64,000 nt of DNA from Camelus ferus (Eukaryota). Positions within the stretch are counted from its first letter, which is position 1; every line of letters begins with the position of its first letter. Below, in pieces: positions 24,191 to 36,779 of this stretch. The DNA lies in contig NC_045696.1 in the NCBI RefSeq assembly GCF_009834535.1, positions 119,228,001 to 119,292,000 on the forward strand, read 5' to 3'. The position numbers were made by a program, and so were the translations under genes. The notes under the pieces are model-generated. The model ran no database searches and had not been told where the DNA came from. It saw nothing but the letters and a program-made list of their open reading frames with translations.

Positions 24191-25717
24191 TTTCTCAAAA
24201 CCTACCTGGCTCTTCCCAGCTTTGCAAACAGTGCAATATGTTGAAGAGAAGGTAAATTCTAGAGTCTGGCCAGGGTGGGTATCCAGGCCCTTATCTCTGA
24301 CTGACTCAGTGTATGAAAAGGAAACCACCCCCTCCTTGCTTTTCCACGTTTCACTTGTATAAATGGGGCCATCGCCTCTCAAAGTCGATGAGAATGAAGA
24401 GAGATAATGTATTAAAAAGTTGTGAAGGTAGGACTTGGCATATAGTAAGTAAATACCTCTTTCTTTTATTGGTCACCTGGGATCATCCCTTAGAAAGATC
24501 GCCTGCCTACTGCCTCTATCTCTTTCTGAAAGCACCGAGGAGGCCAAGCGAGGGGAAGTGTGGCGTCAGGGGCAAATAACTGCATTTTTCTCAGTTGGAA
24601 ACCGATGGCCTGAAATTAAAGGCAGCTGTGAATTGGATGAAAGTCCATCTGCAGGGCATTGATCACAGGTATTTTGTTTACTTTCTTTGAGTTTACAGTC
24701 TAGAGGGTGAGCAGAAAGGGTCATTCTTGGAAGCGAAAGCAGGGAACCACAGGGACCAACAGGTAAAGGGTAAGAGACAGAAAGGCGGAAGCAGGGACCG
24801 TGGTCTTCTCTCTGAGTCTGCTGCGTCCTTCAGCCGGGGGGCCCGTGGGGGTTGGTGGACGCCCTCAGGAGCTCCGTGAGCGGCAGAGCCTTCTCCGTCC
24901 TCCCCGCCCCCCCCCCCAGGGTGTCCTCTCGCTCATCAGTGCTGCTTGTGAAATCTGCCGCCAGGACTGAGCATAAGACAGCAGCAGGGAAGGCACTGGG
25001 CTGGTGCACTTGGTATGGGAGCTGGTGGGTTAATGGGAAAAGTCAACTAAAAAGAACCAAAGAAAACCACATTCACACCTTACACGTTTTATTTTAATAT
25101 AAAATATGTAAATACACAAGTGGTTGCCAGTCTTTCTGAGTTAGGGGTCTGCTGATTGGAATTCCACTTCCTCTTTCTTCTATAAACCAAAGCATCCCCG
25201 ATGGCCAGTGTCCGTGTCTTGAAAGTACAGCAAACGGATCTGACCGTGGAATCCTTCTGTCTTCCTGGTTTTTCCCTGGTCTTTTCCAGCCCCCTCCCCC
25301 ACATCTAACTTGGCCACAGTTATTGTTAAGCAACTGTGCTCTGCTGAGTCCCTTCCAAGCATTCGACTTAGTTTTCCTAGAAGCACCTTCTGTTGCCCTT
25401 CCTCTCCGTTTAAATCATTTACGTTAAGACGTTTGACTCTGACCTTGGGTCTAACTGACCTGAACGGCTGTGGGAACACAGAAGATCCGCCCCCCAGGGG
25501 CTCACCTGCACAGCATCCTGGGATCCCGACGGTGCAGACGTCCGGGAGAGCAGCCGCAGAGAACCTGGTCTGCCTAAAGCTGGACCTGGGCTCCTGCTAG
25601 TGCAGCTGGAGACTGAATGGGCTTTGGGGGCACCCATGACAGCCCCTATAACCCCACAGCTTTCAAGGCACTGTTGTCAGGTGCTGTCTCCAAAGATTGA
25701 ACACGTGTGTGTTCAAT

Positions 25718-25831
25718 CTTTTCTTTTCTTTTTTTTTTTTTTTACTGGAGGTACTGGTGATTGAACCCAGGACTTCGTGCACGCTAAGCATGCAGTCTAC
25801 CACTGAGCTCTACCCCCCAACCCCAGCCCCC
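25718..25831 (-). mobile_element. Camelid tRNA-derived SINE, short-tail form
   Basis: SINE body. TSD tgtgtgttca(a/g)tctt at 25706-25720 and 25834-25848. Confidence 0.92.
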
Positions 25832-26795
25832 ACTGTGTGTTCAGTCTTGAATTGACTCCCAGGACCTCTCCTCCCAATAGTTTCTGCCCATTTTCCCAGC
25901 CTGTGGAGAGAGGTATCTGTGATCATGATGGTCTCATCCTGCGTTTGGGGAGTGGTCCCAGCCTTGGCTTCTCTGAGTGTTTCCCATGTAGGCTGGCGCC
26001 TGTCTGATCCAGTGTCAAGCAAACTAGATGGAGGACACGATCCTTTGGCACGCTGTGGGAATCTCTGCTCTGATCCCTACTGGGACCCCAGCCCCCTGTG
26101 CAGAGGTTTCAGATGGCCCTATTGTCCCACCAAAAAGTCACTGTCTTATCCCTGAGGGGATGGTGAGAGGCACGTCTGCAGTTGGAACCCACTCTGGGGC
26201 ACGGTCCACCCACCTGTCCCACAGCCCCGTCCGACAACACGGGATGTCTGTGCCTTGTGCAGGCTTCTGGGGATCAGTCTTCTGTTTCCAGGTCTCCCGA
26301 CCATCTCTGTGACCGTCCACACTGGGACTTGCCAGGGAGTCACGTCAGTGTCTTTGGTATCTACAATTCACCACCTTCTGCTCTGACAAGGGAGCCAATA
26401 TTTGTTCTCTTAAACCATCTGGCATTTTTTTCATTGCCATGGTTTCTCCAAGATAATCATTTTGTTTCTGAGATCATAGCCTTTTGTGCCAAAGACAGCT
26501 GTTCTCTGCCTTTCTCCTGTGATAGAGATGCTTTTCCTGTGGATGGTCCCTGCTGTGGAAGGACCAGCCCCTCCCAGGGGGTAACTCCAGAGCAGACACA
26601 GCTCAGATGATTTTATTTATATATAGTCTGAAATATCTATCTATCTGTGTCTCTACCCATTCTGTTGGTTCTTTCTCAGAACCCTGGTCAATACGGAGAC
26701 ACTATCACCAGTTTGATGCCATCAGTAGGAGAAAAACTTCACGAAATAATAGGATGTATATTCTGTGGGGATATGTAAATGCAGAAAAAATGCCT

Positions 26796-26914
26796 GGGGT
26801 GGGGGGTAAAGCTCAGTGGCTTAGCATGCATGAGGTCCTGGGTTCAATCCCCAGTACCTCCGTTAAAAATTTTTAATTTAATTTAATTTAATTTAATTTA
26901 ATAAAATAAAATAT
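26796..26914 (+). mobile_element. Camelid SINE with small internal deletion and (TTTAA)n tail
   Basis: gctcagtgg joins directly to cttagcatgc; the tagagc.. segment is absent. Confidence 0.88.
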
Positions 26915-26916
26915 TA

Positions 26917-27060
26917 GGGGGAAGGGTAGAGCTCAGCGGTAGAGCAGATGCTTAGCATGCACGAGGTTCTGGGTTCAATCTCCAGCACCTCCATTAAATA
27001 AATAAAAATAAATAAATAAGTAAACAAACAAACCTAATCGCTCCCCCCTCCCCCCAAAAA
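26917..27060 (+). mobile_element. Camelid SINE, long-tail form, head-to-tail with the previous copy
   Basis: ggggaagggtagagctcagcggtagagc...(TAAA)n..aaacctaatcgctcccc..aaaaa. Confidence 0.92.
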
Positions 27061-27218
27061 GCCTGTAAAGACCCCCATCAGGCTGATGATGGTGGTCCTG
27101 GGGGGCTGGGAGCGGAACACTAGGATGTAGCTTTATCTGTAATATTTTCATTTTTGTAGAGAGGAATATTCACCTTACTTGCGTAATTAGAAGTCAGCTT
27201 TTTGAAGGTGCCTGGCTC

Positions 27219-27282
27219 CGCTGCCCCTGCCCCGCCACCCCTGCCCCGCCGCCCCTGCCGTGCCGCCCCTGCCCCGCCGCAC
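27219..27282. repeat. GC-rich low-complexity repeat (GCCCC/GCC units)
   Basis: ctgcccctgccccgccacccctgccccgccgcccctgccgtgccgcccctgccccgccgc. Confidence 0.85.
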
Positions 27283-28950
27283 CACACCCTTTGTTCTCTT
27301 AGGCTCTGCACGTCCTTAGTTTCTCCTTGCAGGAAAGAAAGTAAAACAGGCGTCGTCTTCCACACACTCTTTTCTCCTACGACTTCTCGTTTGCAAGTAA
27401 TTTTTAACACGTCGATCGCCACGTCGTCACCCAAACCTGGGTGACAGTTGTGTTTCCTCAGGGGCCCTGTCACCCAGATACAGGGGACACTTCCCTTCAT
27501 CCAATTATGCAGGTTTTTACAATAACTTGCAAGAGTTTTCGTTTGTATTACAGGTATTTAATAGTGACAACATATAAGTGTATGTGCAGATAGATAAAAA
27601 TATTTTCTTTTGAACAAAATTATATAATATTACGTTACTTATGATATCCACTGAAACAGTTTATACAAACAACTAGGACAATATGTTCCTGTCTTTTTTA
27701 TATTTTTTTTCTAGCTTCTTGTCTTGAAAATAAGAAATTTTTTTTAAAACAATTCTGATCACACCGGGAAAACAAACAGATGACTTGTAAGCACACACAC
27801 TGTTAGTGCGTCACTGCAGTGAAGTGTGAATTCGAGCCGCAGAACACCCACCTGGCAGTGGCTTACACGGTCTGGCTTCGTTGTTGCATCTCACCCGGCA
27901 GGAGGGCTGGAGGGAGGTGGGGGTGTTGGGGAGGTCGCCGAGTCAGCTTTTTCCATGGCCTGGGGACACCTTCGGGGCCCCGGGTGCTGCCACCTTCTGC
28001 AGTCTGGTCCTCGGCCTGTCTGCGGGGTCAGCTGCGGCAGCCCCGAGCATCTCCTGGGCACATGGTGACCGTTGGGAAGAACAGGGCATTTCCTGCCATG
28101 TGCCCTTTTTTATTAGCAAGTCAGACCTTTCCCAGGAAGTCCCAAGCGGAGTTTCCCTTGGGTCCCCTTGCCCAGGACTGGGTCACAGACCCTCGTCACT
28201 GTCAAGATCACAGTTAGCTGGGGCTGGAGAGGGTGTCAGCCGGGAAGACGGGCCTGGGCTACCAAGGGGCTGCCACAGTGTTTGCCGCTGAGCGGGACTA
28301 GGATGCTGCTGGAAGCGTTTTAAAGAAGACTAGCCTTGGACTTGGCGACAGCTCGCAGAGTGCGGTGACGAAAGGAAGAATTTGACTTTTACTCTCTCAG
28401 CATGTTTTTCTTCCAGAAACTCTTTGGTCCCGTTTTCTCAGATTCCTGTATTTCACTTCCTATGCAAAATTTAGTTATACAGATATGTTAGATCTTTTAA
28501 AAATTTATTCAACAAATAAATATTGAGTTCCTACTGTGTGTCAGCCACTGTGGAAACATGATGAATGGACGAAATTTGGGCAGAAAGGATTGATTCCTTT
28601 AACCGGAGGGAAGAGGGTGGTCATTAAAAATGAACACCCACCCCCTGGCCTTTCCACACCCGTAAATCACTTCTCTTCCTTCTCAAGCTTCCTGAGGGGT
28701 GGTGAGAGATCCTAAATCACCAGGAACCTTTTAAGGCTGCTGAGATGAGGAGGCACTGTGTGGTCTGGGACGACCAGGGAGCATGGCGAATTCAGAGCCT
28801 GGCTGCAGAGGAGAGGAGAGTGCAGGGAACTGTCACATTTCCAAGATCCTGGGACAACTTGATCTTTAAAAAGTAGTCTGCCTTGAAACACTCATTGCTG
28901 GCCACAGAATGGCAGAAAGGAAGCAGCCCTCAAGGTGATAAGGGCTTTAT

Positions 28951-29057
28951 TTATTTCTTATTTTTTTATTTTTATTTTTTTAACGGAGGTGCTGGGGATT
29001 GAACCCAGGACCTCGTGCATGCTAAGCACGTGCTCTACCACTGAGCTACACCCTCCC
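28951..29057 (-). mobile_element. Camelid tRNA-derived SINE, short-tail form
   Basis: SINE body. TSD AAGGGCTTTAT at 28940-28950 and 29064-29074. Confidence 0.93.
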
Positions 29058-29134
29058 GCAAAGAAGGGCTTTATCTTTAGGTCTTCCCAGTGTGTTTGGG
29101 ATTAGAAGGGTGGGAAATAATTCTACAAGAGCTT

Positions 29135-29300
29135 TATTTATGTATTTTTTTAGAAGCATAGTCAGTTTACAGTGTTGTGTCAATTTCTGATGTACAGCAT
29201 CATGTTTCAGTCATACATGAACATACAGTATTCCTTTTCACAGTCTTTTTCATTATAGATTATTACAAGAGATTGATGTAGTTCCCTGTGCTAGGCAGAA
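29135..29300 (-). mobile_element. Short L1 3' end fragment
   Basis: agtcagtttacagtgttgtgtcaatttctgatgtacagc..ttattacaaga..gttccctgtgcta, similar to the L1 ends at 37.3 kb and 60.6 kb. Confidence 0.8.
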
Positions 29301-29354
29301 GAATCTGGTTGTTTTCTACAAGAGCCTTAAACACACACACACACACACACGCAC

Positions 29355-29620
29355 ACAATTTATTGTCTTATACTTGCTGGAAGTCAGAAAGTCCAGGTGG
29401 CCTCCACTGGGTCCTCTACTTTGGGTCTCACAAGGCTGAAATCACGGGCTGGCAGAGCTGCATCCTTCTCCCAAGCTCATTCAGGTTGTTGGCCGAATCC
29501 AGGTCCTTGTGGTTGTAGGACTGAGGTTCTTGCTCCCTGCTGGCTGCCAGCCAAGGGCAGATCTTTGCTCCTGAGAACTGCCTGCATTCCTTTTCGGCTC
29601 TCCATGTGGCCCCCAGAAGA
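29355..29620. mobile_element. MLT1-type MaLR LTR remnant
   Basis: aatttattgtctta..ggaagtcagaaagtcc..aaggctgaaatca..ctcattcaggttgttggccgaatcc..ggttgtaggactgagg. Confidence 0.65.
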
Positions 29621-31419
29621 ACTTTTTAAAGGCACAGACAGCCTGGGAGCCTTCTTAAAAGCAGAACCTCCTGGGAGGACAGGGCCAATGGTTCTCCAAG
29701 AAGTTGGCTTAATTAAATTAATAAGTACAGAGGGTTGGAGGGGGTTCTTGTAGTTACATGATCGTTCATCACCACTTCTTGAAATGTGTTCTTTTAAAAT
29801 TCACTTAGCTAAGAATTTTAGTGAAACTAAATTAAAAGAAGGGCCTCTGGGTGGAGTGAACTAGTTGAGAGGCTACACTCAGTAAGGACCTGCTTTCACT
29901 GGATGGAGATCTTTCTTTGTGGGCCCAATGATGTCATCCTGTGTCTTGTCCTGGGTCACATGTTTTTCAGTGTCTTGTGTAGAGACCTGGAAGGCGGGGG
30001 ACCCACAGCTGGGAGGCTGTGGTGTATACTGAGTGACCATCAGGAAGACCAGGGATGCTTTTGGGCTCCAGAAAACTGTTTCATTTGGGCACTGGTGGGT
30101 GAGGATCGAGGGCATGGTTGAGAGTGGGGAGTGGGAAAGATTCTGGAAAACCCACTGAAACCAATGGCAACCAGAGCTGTATTTTCTGAATCTATCTGCT
30201 TTAACACATTGGGCTTCTAAATTAGATTATAGCCCATGGTCGTGGGAAACCTCCCACTACTTTTTTTTTTTTAAAAGAGGTAAAGAGACAAAACTAGAAA
30301 CCCTGAAAATTACTTTTCTGATGCACCTTCTTTTTTGAGGAGGTTTCCCTGACTTCATAAACTCCTTTCAATCTCATTATCTATTCATTTTTGAATGTTG
30401 AGTCAAAACCAGCCCAATAAAACTTAATAGGATACGTTTAAGTATGAAAAAATCAATTACATTTAAGTGGGGGGAAAAGTCAATAATCCAGCACGGGGAC
30501 ACCTGATCTGAAAGCAGTTCTGATGCTTAAGTTTAATTCAGGTGAACAGTGTCCCCACTCTCCCCTCCAGATACTCCGGATACTTGGAGTGGTGACAAAA
30601 GTGGGGGTTTCCAGGTCCCTCCATTTTTGTTCTCTCCTGCGGTCTGCGGAGTCCCGTGTCCACTTGTGCCTCCACCTGGGAGATGCTTCCTTCCTGGTCC
30701 AGCCGTTTGTGAGGTTGCCCTCGATGCCGTCAGCTGGGTGCGTGCTCGCTCCCTTCTGGCACGTACCATGTTGCACCTTCCTTTGGAGTTGTTTAATTTT
30801 TTTTTAACGTGTTTTACAAACTCCTTGCGTCAAGGACTAGCCATTCTTGATACCCATGTTCCCTGGATCCAAATGAATTACCTCCTTGCCTGTGTTGAGT
30901 TTTCACCCAGCCTCGTTTGGGTGAATCTGGAACAGCGTGAGGTCCCTCCTACGCGTATGGGATAACTGGCCGTATTGTGGACACGGACACGGGAGGCTGT
31001 CATCCTTCTGTTGTTCAGTGTGATGCCAGCTGACTAGGAGTCTCCTGTCCTACTGCTCTCCCGCATCTGATGGGGAGCACAGACGGACTGTGAGGTGGAC
31101 AGCAGTGGAGGACGTGCCTGGAAATGGTTAAAACCAAGTGGGCATGTTTATGTTGGAAGAGGAAAAAACAAGGGCAGTCAGGTAGCTGGTTCCATATTTT
31201 TGAAGGGCCAGCCTCTGATAAAGGAGGTCAACTCTGTTTTCCTCGATGGCAAGGGAAAAGCTAGGTCCTTTGGGGACCTCTCATGGAACCATTTGGCGGA
31301 GGAAGTGGCTGGGGACGTGAGGCTGTCAACTCCCAGGTACTGGGTGTTCACGTGTTCAGTTCCCATGAGATGAAGGAGTGATGGAGGTGGCCGCCCTGCC
31401 TTGGGCAGGGAGCACTAGA

Positions 31420-31590
31420 GAAGTGGTTCCAAAACCTTATGGACCCTCAGAATCACCTCATGGACTTGCTACAAATGCACATTCCCAGGCACCACTCCGG
31501 GAGATTCAGAGTCAGCAGGTCTAGGGGTGGAGAATAAGCATCTTCATGTTAAAAATCCAACCAGCCAGGAACCACTGGCCCGAGAACCAC
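31420..31590. mobile_element. MER5-like hAT remnant
   Basis: gtggttccaaa..cagaatcacc..tacaaatgcacattcccaggc..gagattcagagtcagcaggtctaggggtgg. Confidence 0.65.
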
Positions 31591-31809
31591 CCTGATGCTT
31601 TAATCAGCTGGGATGATGCATGGTTGACCTGTTGCTTATAAGTCAGTGGCCTCTTGGAGACAAAACTCTTAAACATCCTCTTCATCTAAGGTGAAAGGGG
31701 GTTACCACTTGGCAAATTCAACAAGACGACTCCAAAGCTAGTCTGATGAGGCCAAGACATCTGTTCTTAAACTTTCATAACTTTTTTTTTCTTATTACAA
31801 AAGTGATGC

Positions 31810-32345
31810 TTGGACAGTTCTTCACAACATGAAGCATAGTTACCCTATGACTGCCCCAGCAATTCCACACCAAGGCATGTATCCAAGAGAAATGGAAACG
31901 TAGGTCTGCACAAACACCTATATGTAAATCTCCATACTAGTGTTATTCATAATAGCCAAAAAGTGGAGACAGTCCAAATACCCATCAAGTGATGAATAAA
32001 TAAACCGAATATGGTATGCACGTACAATGGAATATTATTCGGAAATGAGAAGGCATAAGTACTAACACGTGCTCCAACAGGGATGAACCTTGAAAACTCG
32101 ATGCTAAAATGAAAGCCAGGGACAAAAGCCCACACGTTCTGTGGTTCCATTTATATGAAATGTTCTGATTAGGCAGATCTATAGAAACAAAGTGGATTAG
32201 AGGTTGCTAACGGGTACAGGAATTTGGGGAGGAGGTGATGAAAATGTTCTAAGCTTACACTGTGGTCATGGTTGCACAACTGTGTGAATATATTGAAAAC
32301 CACTGGCTTGTGTACTATAAACGGGTGAAATTTTAGATACGTCAG
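31810..32345 (+). mobile_element. Old L1 (L1MB/MC-type) 3' end
   Basis: gcaattccac..tattcataatagccaaaaagtgga..aatggaatattattc..gatgaaccttgaaaac..ggttgcacaactgtgtgaatata. Confidence 0.85.
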
Positions 32346-32786
32346 TGACATTTTAAGGCGTTTTGAGAAACTGATGCATGGTATTGAAGACAGCTTAGAA
32401 AATACAAAAAAAAGGGAACAAAATCATCCCACTCTCGTGACTGAGAAGTTGCTCACGTAACGTCTCGGTGTGTTTCCTTCTCGTCTATATTCTATATACA
32501 TTTGTATATTTTTTAATGAGATGGTATTTATACCCTTTCTATTTCAGCACTTTAAATGGCTGTAGACTATTTTGGTATCTGAACGATCATATTTAATTTA
32601 TTTAGTTTGTTTTCTATCAGTGGATTTTAGGTGGTTTCCTTTTTTTTTTTTTTCAGTCCTGTAGGTCATGAATATTCTTTGGTTTTATCATGTGCTTCAT
32701 GTCACATTTTGATTAAAAGGTTCTTTCACGATGGTTGGTAAGCAGTCAGGAATCTACTGTAGGTGAAGGTGATAACTTTGATGTAG

Positions 32787-32927
32787 TTTTGTTTGTTCAT
32801 TTGTTTTTGGAGAGAAGGTAATTAGGTTCATTTATTTGTTTATTTTTTTAGTGGAGGTACTGGGGATTGAACCCAGGACCTCGTGTATGCCAAGCATGTG
32901 CTCTACCACTGAGCTACACCCTCCCCA
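32787..32927 (-). mobile_element. Camelid SINE, long-tail form
   Basis: ggtaattaggttcatttatttg..gtggaggtactggggattgaacccaggacc..gagctacaccctcccc. Confidence 0.92.
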
Positions 32928-34247
32928 CTATGTGGTTTTAAATTCTAGAGTTTTTGCTGACAAACTTCCCCAGCCCCTACTCCAAAATAAATACCTTTTC
33001 ATTTTGTACTGTGAGAAAGCTCTTTCTAATCCTTATTTTTTATTGAAGTGTACTTGATTTACAATGTCAGTCTCAGGTGCACAGCAAAGCGATTCAGTTA
33101 TACATATGCATACACGTATATGTAGGAAAGCTCTTTTTAAAGCCTTTCTTTTCTGGCTTGTAGATAAGGTGAAAAATGAAAGAAGGAAGAAAGGTTAAAC
33201 ATAGGATCCGTCACCCACCTCATTTTGTCTAAAGAGAGTAATAAAATGACACATCCTGCTTACTCCCAGAAAGTCTTAATTTCCTCTCGCTCCTCAAAGC
33301 AAGTGGGAGGGACTTGGCCAGTCCCTGGATGGAGAAAATGTGTCTGGTTTAATTGATATCAAGCAAAGCTGTTTCCAGGTCTGCTGGAGAGGACAGGCTC
33401 ACCCCCCGATGCATTCAGGCAGCTTCTGGAGGAGGGCGGCCTCGCAGCAGGAGGTCCCTCAGAGCAGCCTGCAGCTTTGAGCTCCTTATCCATCTGCACT
33501 TGGCAACTGCAGCCCCGTCTGCCCATACTCAGGGTCAGAGTCTGCCCTGCACCCCCTTGACCTTGGAACGTCCAGCCTCGTTTCTCTAATGTCACCTGGG
33601 GGCACTTTATGGTAACACACCTGGCATGGTTCTCCTGCTGCCCACCGGGCACGTGTCAGCAGGAGCTCTGATGCGGGGCGTGCATGCCACCTCCTGTCCT
33701 TCCCCTCCGCGGCCCTGACCCCTCCCCCGAGCTGCACACTCCAGGACCACATCACCCGCCCACCCTGGAATCCAGGAGAGTGTTATCTTGCACTGCAGGT
33801 TCAGGGTTGCTGCCAGCTTGGCGTGGGTGGTGCCTCGGGAGAAGCCCGGACAGGATCTCGAGCCGGCGCGCTCTTCTCCAGCAGGGGGGTGTTTATCTCT
33901 GCCTCCCAGAGTGCGCCGGTGGCGTGGCCGTGCCTCACGGTGGCTTGTCATAAATGAGACATCAGGGCTGCAGGTGTGCCAGGGGGCGGTGCGTCTGTGA
34001 GGAGGAGATGAGAGCTGGGTATGCCAGCTTTGAGTGTGGTGAGAAGCTGGCCGCCCCGAGCTCTGTTCAGCAGCAGCGAGTACGTTCTGCTTCTCTCCGA
34101 CCAGACGAGGGGACTTGCACTATGATTTTCCTCCTAGGGATTTGCCCAAGCATTTGGCTCTTCCTGGAATAATCATAATATATCAGTTTGCTTCTGCTGT
34201 GGAATATAAGGCACCCAAAGCTTAGTGAAATAAAATAACCGCCTTTC

Positions 34248-34345
34248 AGAGAGGGTAGAGCTCAGTGGTAGAGCACGTGCTTAGCATGCACAGGATCCGG
34301 GGTTCAATCTCCAGTACCTCCATTAAAAACAAACAAACAAAAAAC
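34248..34345 (+). mobile_element. Camelid SINE inserted in a MaLR/ERVL-like LTR remnant (~34180-34800)
   Basis: gagggtagagctcagtggtagagcacgtgcttagcatgcac..ccattaaaaacaaacaaac. Confidence 0.9.
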
Positions 34346-36159
34346 ACCCTTTATGGTTGTAGTGAGTGCACAGGCCAGCTGGGTGATTTTGGTGATCTGG
34401 TCTAAGCTCCTGTAACCTCAGCAGGACTCCCTCTGCTGCTGGAGTCACCAGTGGGTCACCTGGTGCCTTGATGGTCCAAGATGGCATCTCTCATGTCCGT
34501 CGGCTGGTTGGGCCACGTGACTTTCATCATCCAACAGGCCAGCCTGGGCTTGTCCTCATGCTGCAGGCACGATCCCAGGAGAGCAGGTGGAAGCAGCGAG
34601 GTCACTCGAGGCCTAGGCTCAGGGCTCACAAGGACCGTATTCTGCTAGTCAGAGCGAGTCACGAGCCCAGCCCAGATTCACGGGGTGGAGGAGTGGGCTC
34701 TGCCTCCTTATGGGAGGACCTGCCGTGTTGCCTTGTAAAGAGGCCTGGATGCCGGAAGGTCATCACTGAGGCCATTTTTGCAAGCGATCTGTCTCAAATA
34801 ATACAACAGTCCAAGCATTATTATTATTATTTTGCTGGGCTCTCGAAGGGCTGCAGACTTGGTTGCCTTTCTTTGGTGGCAGAGAAAAATCAGGCAAAGA
34901 TGTGAATTAACCAGCAGGGGTGGGTGGCGCGTCATGGAGAGGGAGCCGTCTATGCACTGTATGTATTTTCTGCTGCTCTCTTTTCTTTCTCTAAGAACTA
35001 AGCTTTTTTTTTTTTTTTTTTTTTCATTTTTAACGTATTCTCTTTGAACGTTATGAAAGCCAAAGTTGTCTCAAATGAGACCGATGGCTTTCTTAGACTC
35101 TATTATGTTGGCCTAATTACATATCAGCAAAATGTTTTTCTGGGGCATTGTGTGTAAAACAAAGAGGGAAACAACATCCCCAGCCAGCCCAGCGTCCCGG
35201 CCCCTCCCCCAGCTGGCAGAGGCTGTGGTCCTGCAGAGGGGCTGGGGGAGGGCGGGGGCCGGGAAGGCAGGACCGCCGCAGCCACTACTGGCCTCAGATG
35301 GATTTTCCCTTTCCCCAGAGAGAACGGGGGCGGGGGGGAGTCCTTCCTTCCCGTCCCCTTCCCTCCAGCACACCTCATGCTGGCTTCCATCTCAGGGTCG
35401 GGGGGGGGGGGGGGGACATATGTTTGTTCCCACCATCCCCCAGCCTGGGATTTCCTGCAGCAGGAGAAGGGGCTCACACATCTTTGCTCCCAACGTACCC
35501 AGCACAGAGCCAGGTTGACTGGATGTGGAGATTCATAAGTGAACAGAGATCCCCTCTATAGCCTTGTCCTTGGGGTTGCTGGAGGACCCGCTGAGTGTTC
35601 TGCAGGTCCGCCCCAGCGTTAGAGCATCCCCTTTCCATTTGATAAATAGAGATGGACCAGTCCTTCTTTCCAGCCTGGCATTCCCCTCCTGCCCCGCCCT
35701 TTACTTTCCATCCAGTGAGAGCGTGACTCCTGTTTTCCCCCTGTGCTGTCGGGGCCAGGGTCTCTGCTGAGCCCAGGCAGAGTGAGGGTGAACCCCAGAT
35801 TCCCTGAGAACACGTTTACATGCCCTGTTTTGTTCTCACTACCTCTTGGTGTCTGCCACTTCCCTCTTCAAGCATCTGGCCGTGGTCTTTGGAGACCCCA
35901 CTGTCCATCCAGAGACAGTCTCTCAGGCTTTCGTGTTGTCTGCCTTCTCAAGGCATTACTCTGTCTTCTTCAGTGTGTTTCCTACCCTGGGCGGCTCTCG
36001 GCCAGTTCCTCCTGGTTATCCCAGTTACCATCTTCTGCCTCCCGGTCCCCAAGAGACCCTGTCCTCAGCCAGCCTCACCTCTCCTGGGGTTTTCATCTGC
36101 CCCGTGCTGGCCAGTGCCTCCAAGCCTTCATTTTCCTCCTAACCTTTCCCTGGCTGTAG

Positions 36160-36592
36160 ACTGTGTGTTAGTGTCCTATTGCTGTAACAACCTTAGTGGC
36201 TTAAAACAACACAAATTCATTCTCTTATGGTTCTGGAGGCCAGAGTCCAAAACAGATTGTAAAAGATCATCGAGGTGCTGGCAGGGCTGCCTTCTTTCTC
36301 GGAGTATCTGTTTCCTGCTTTTCCACTTCTAGAGGCCAGCCAGCCCTGAGGCTAGTCCGTCTGCCCTCTGCTTCCACCTCTCGCCTCCTTCCCTGACTCC
36401 CACCCTCCTCCCGCCTCTCTTCTAAGGACCCTTTTTCATAACACCGAGCGCAACTCATTAATCTCCCCATCTCAAGAACTTCAATCTGCCAGCTCCCTTT
36501 TACCTTACAAGGTAGCCTCTTCCCAGGCCCCAGAGATTAGGATGTAGACAGATTTGGAGGGGTTGAATGGGCATTATTCTTTCTGCCACAGG
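36160..36592. mobile_element. MLT1-type MaLR LTR
   Basis: tgtgttagtgtcctattgctgtaacaa..ggcttaaaacaacacaaattcattctctta..ttctggaggccagagtcc..cattattctttctgccaca. Confidence 0.8.
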
Positions 36593-36779
36593 CCCTGTTT
36601 TATCTTGCTGCCTCCTGCCCCCTTCCACGGGTTTCTCAAACTCAGCGTGTCAAAAGTGGAATTATCACTCTCCCTGCTGTCCATGTCCCGTATGCCTGGG
36701 TTCAGCACGCGAGCAGCCCTTACCCCAGCCCCCCAGCATCTGTTGTGGATCAACACATTGATGTAACCAGCCCAGCATT

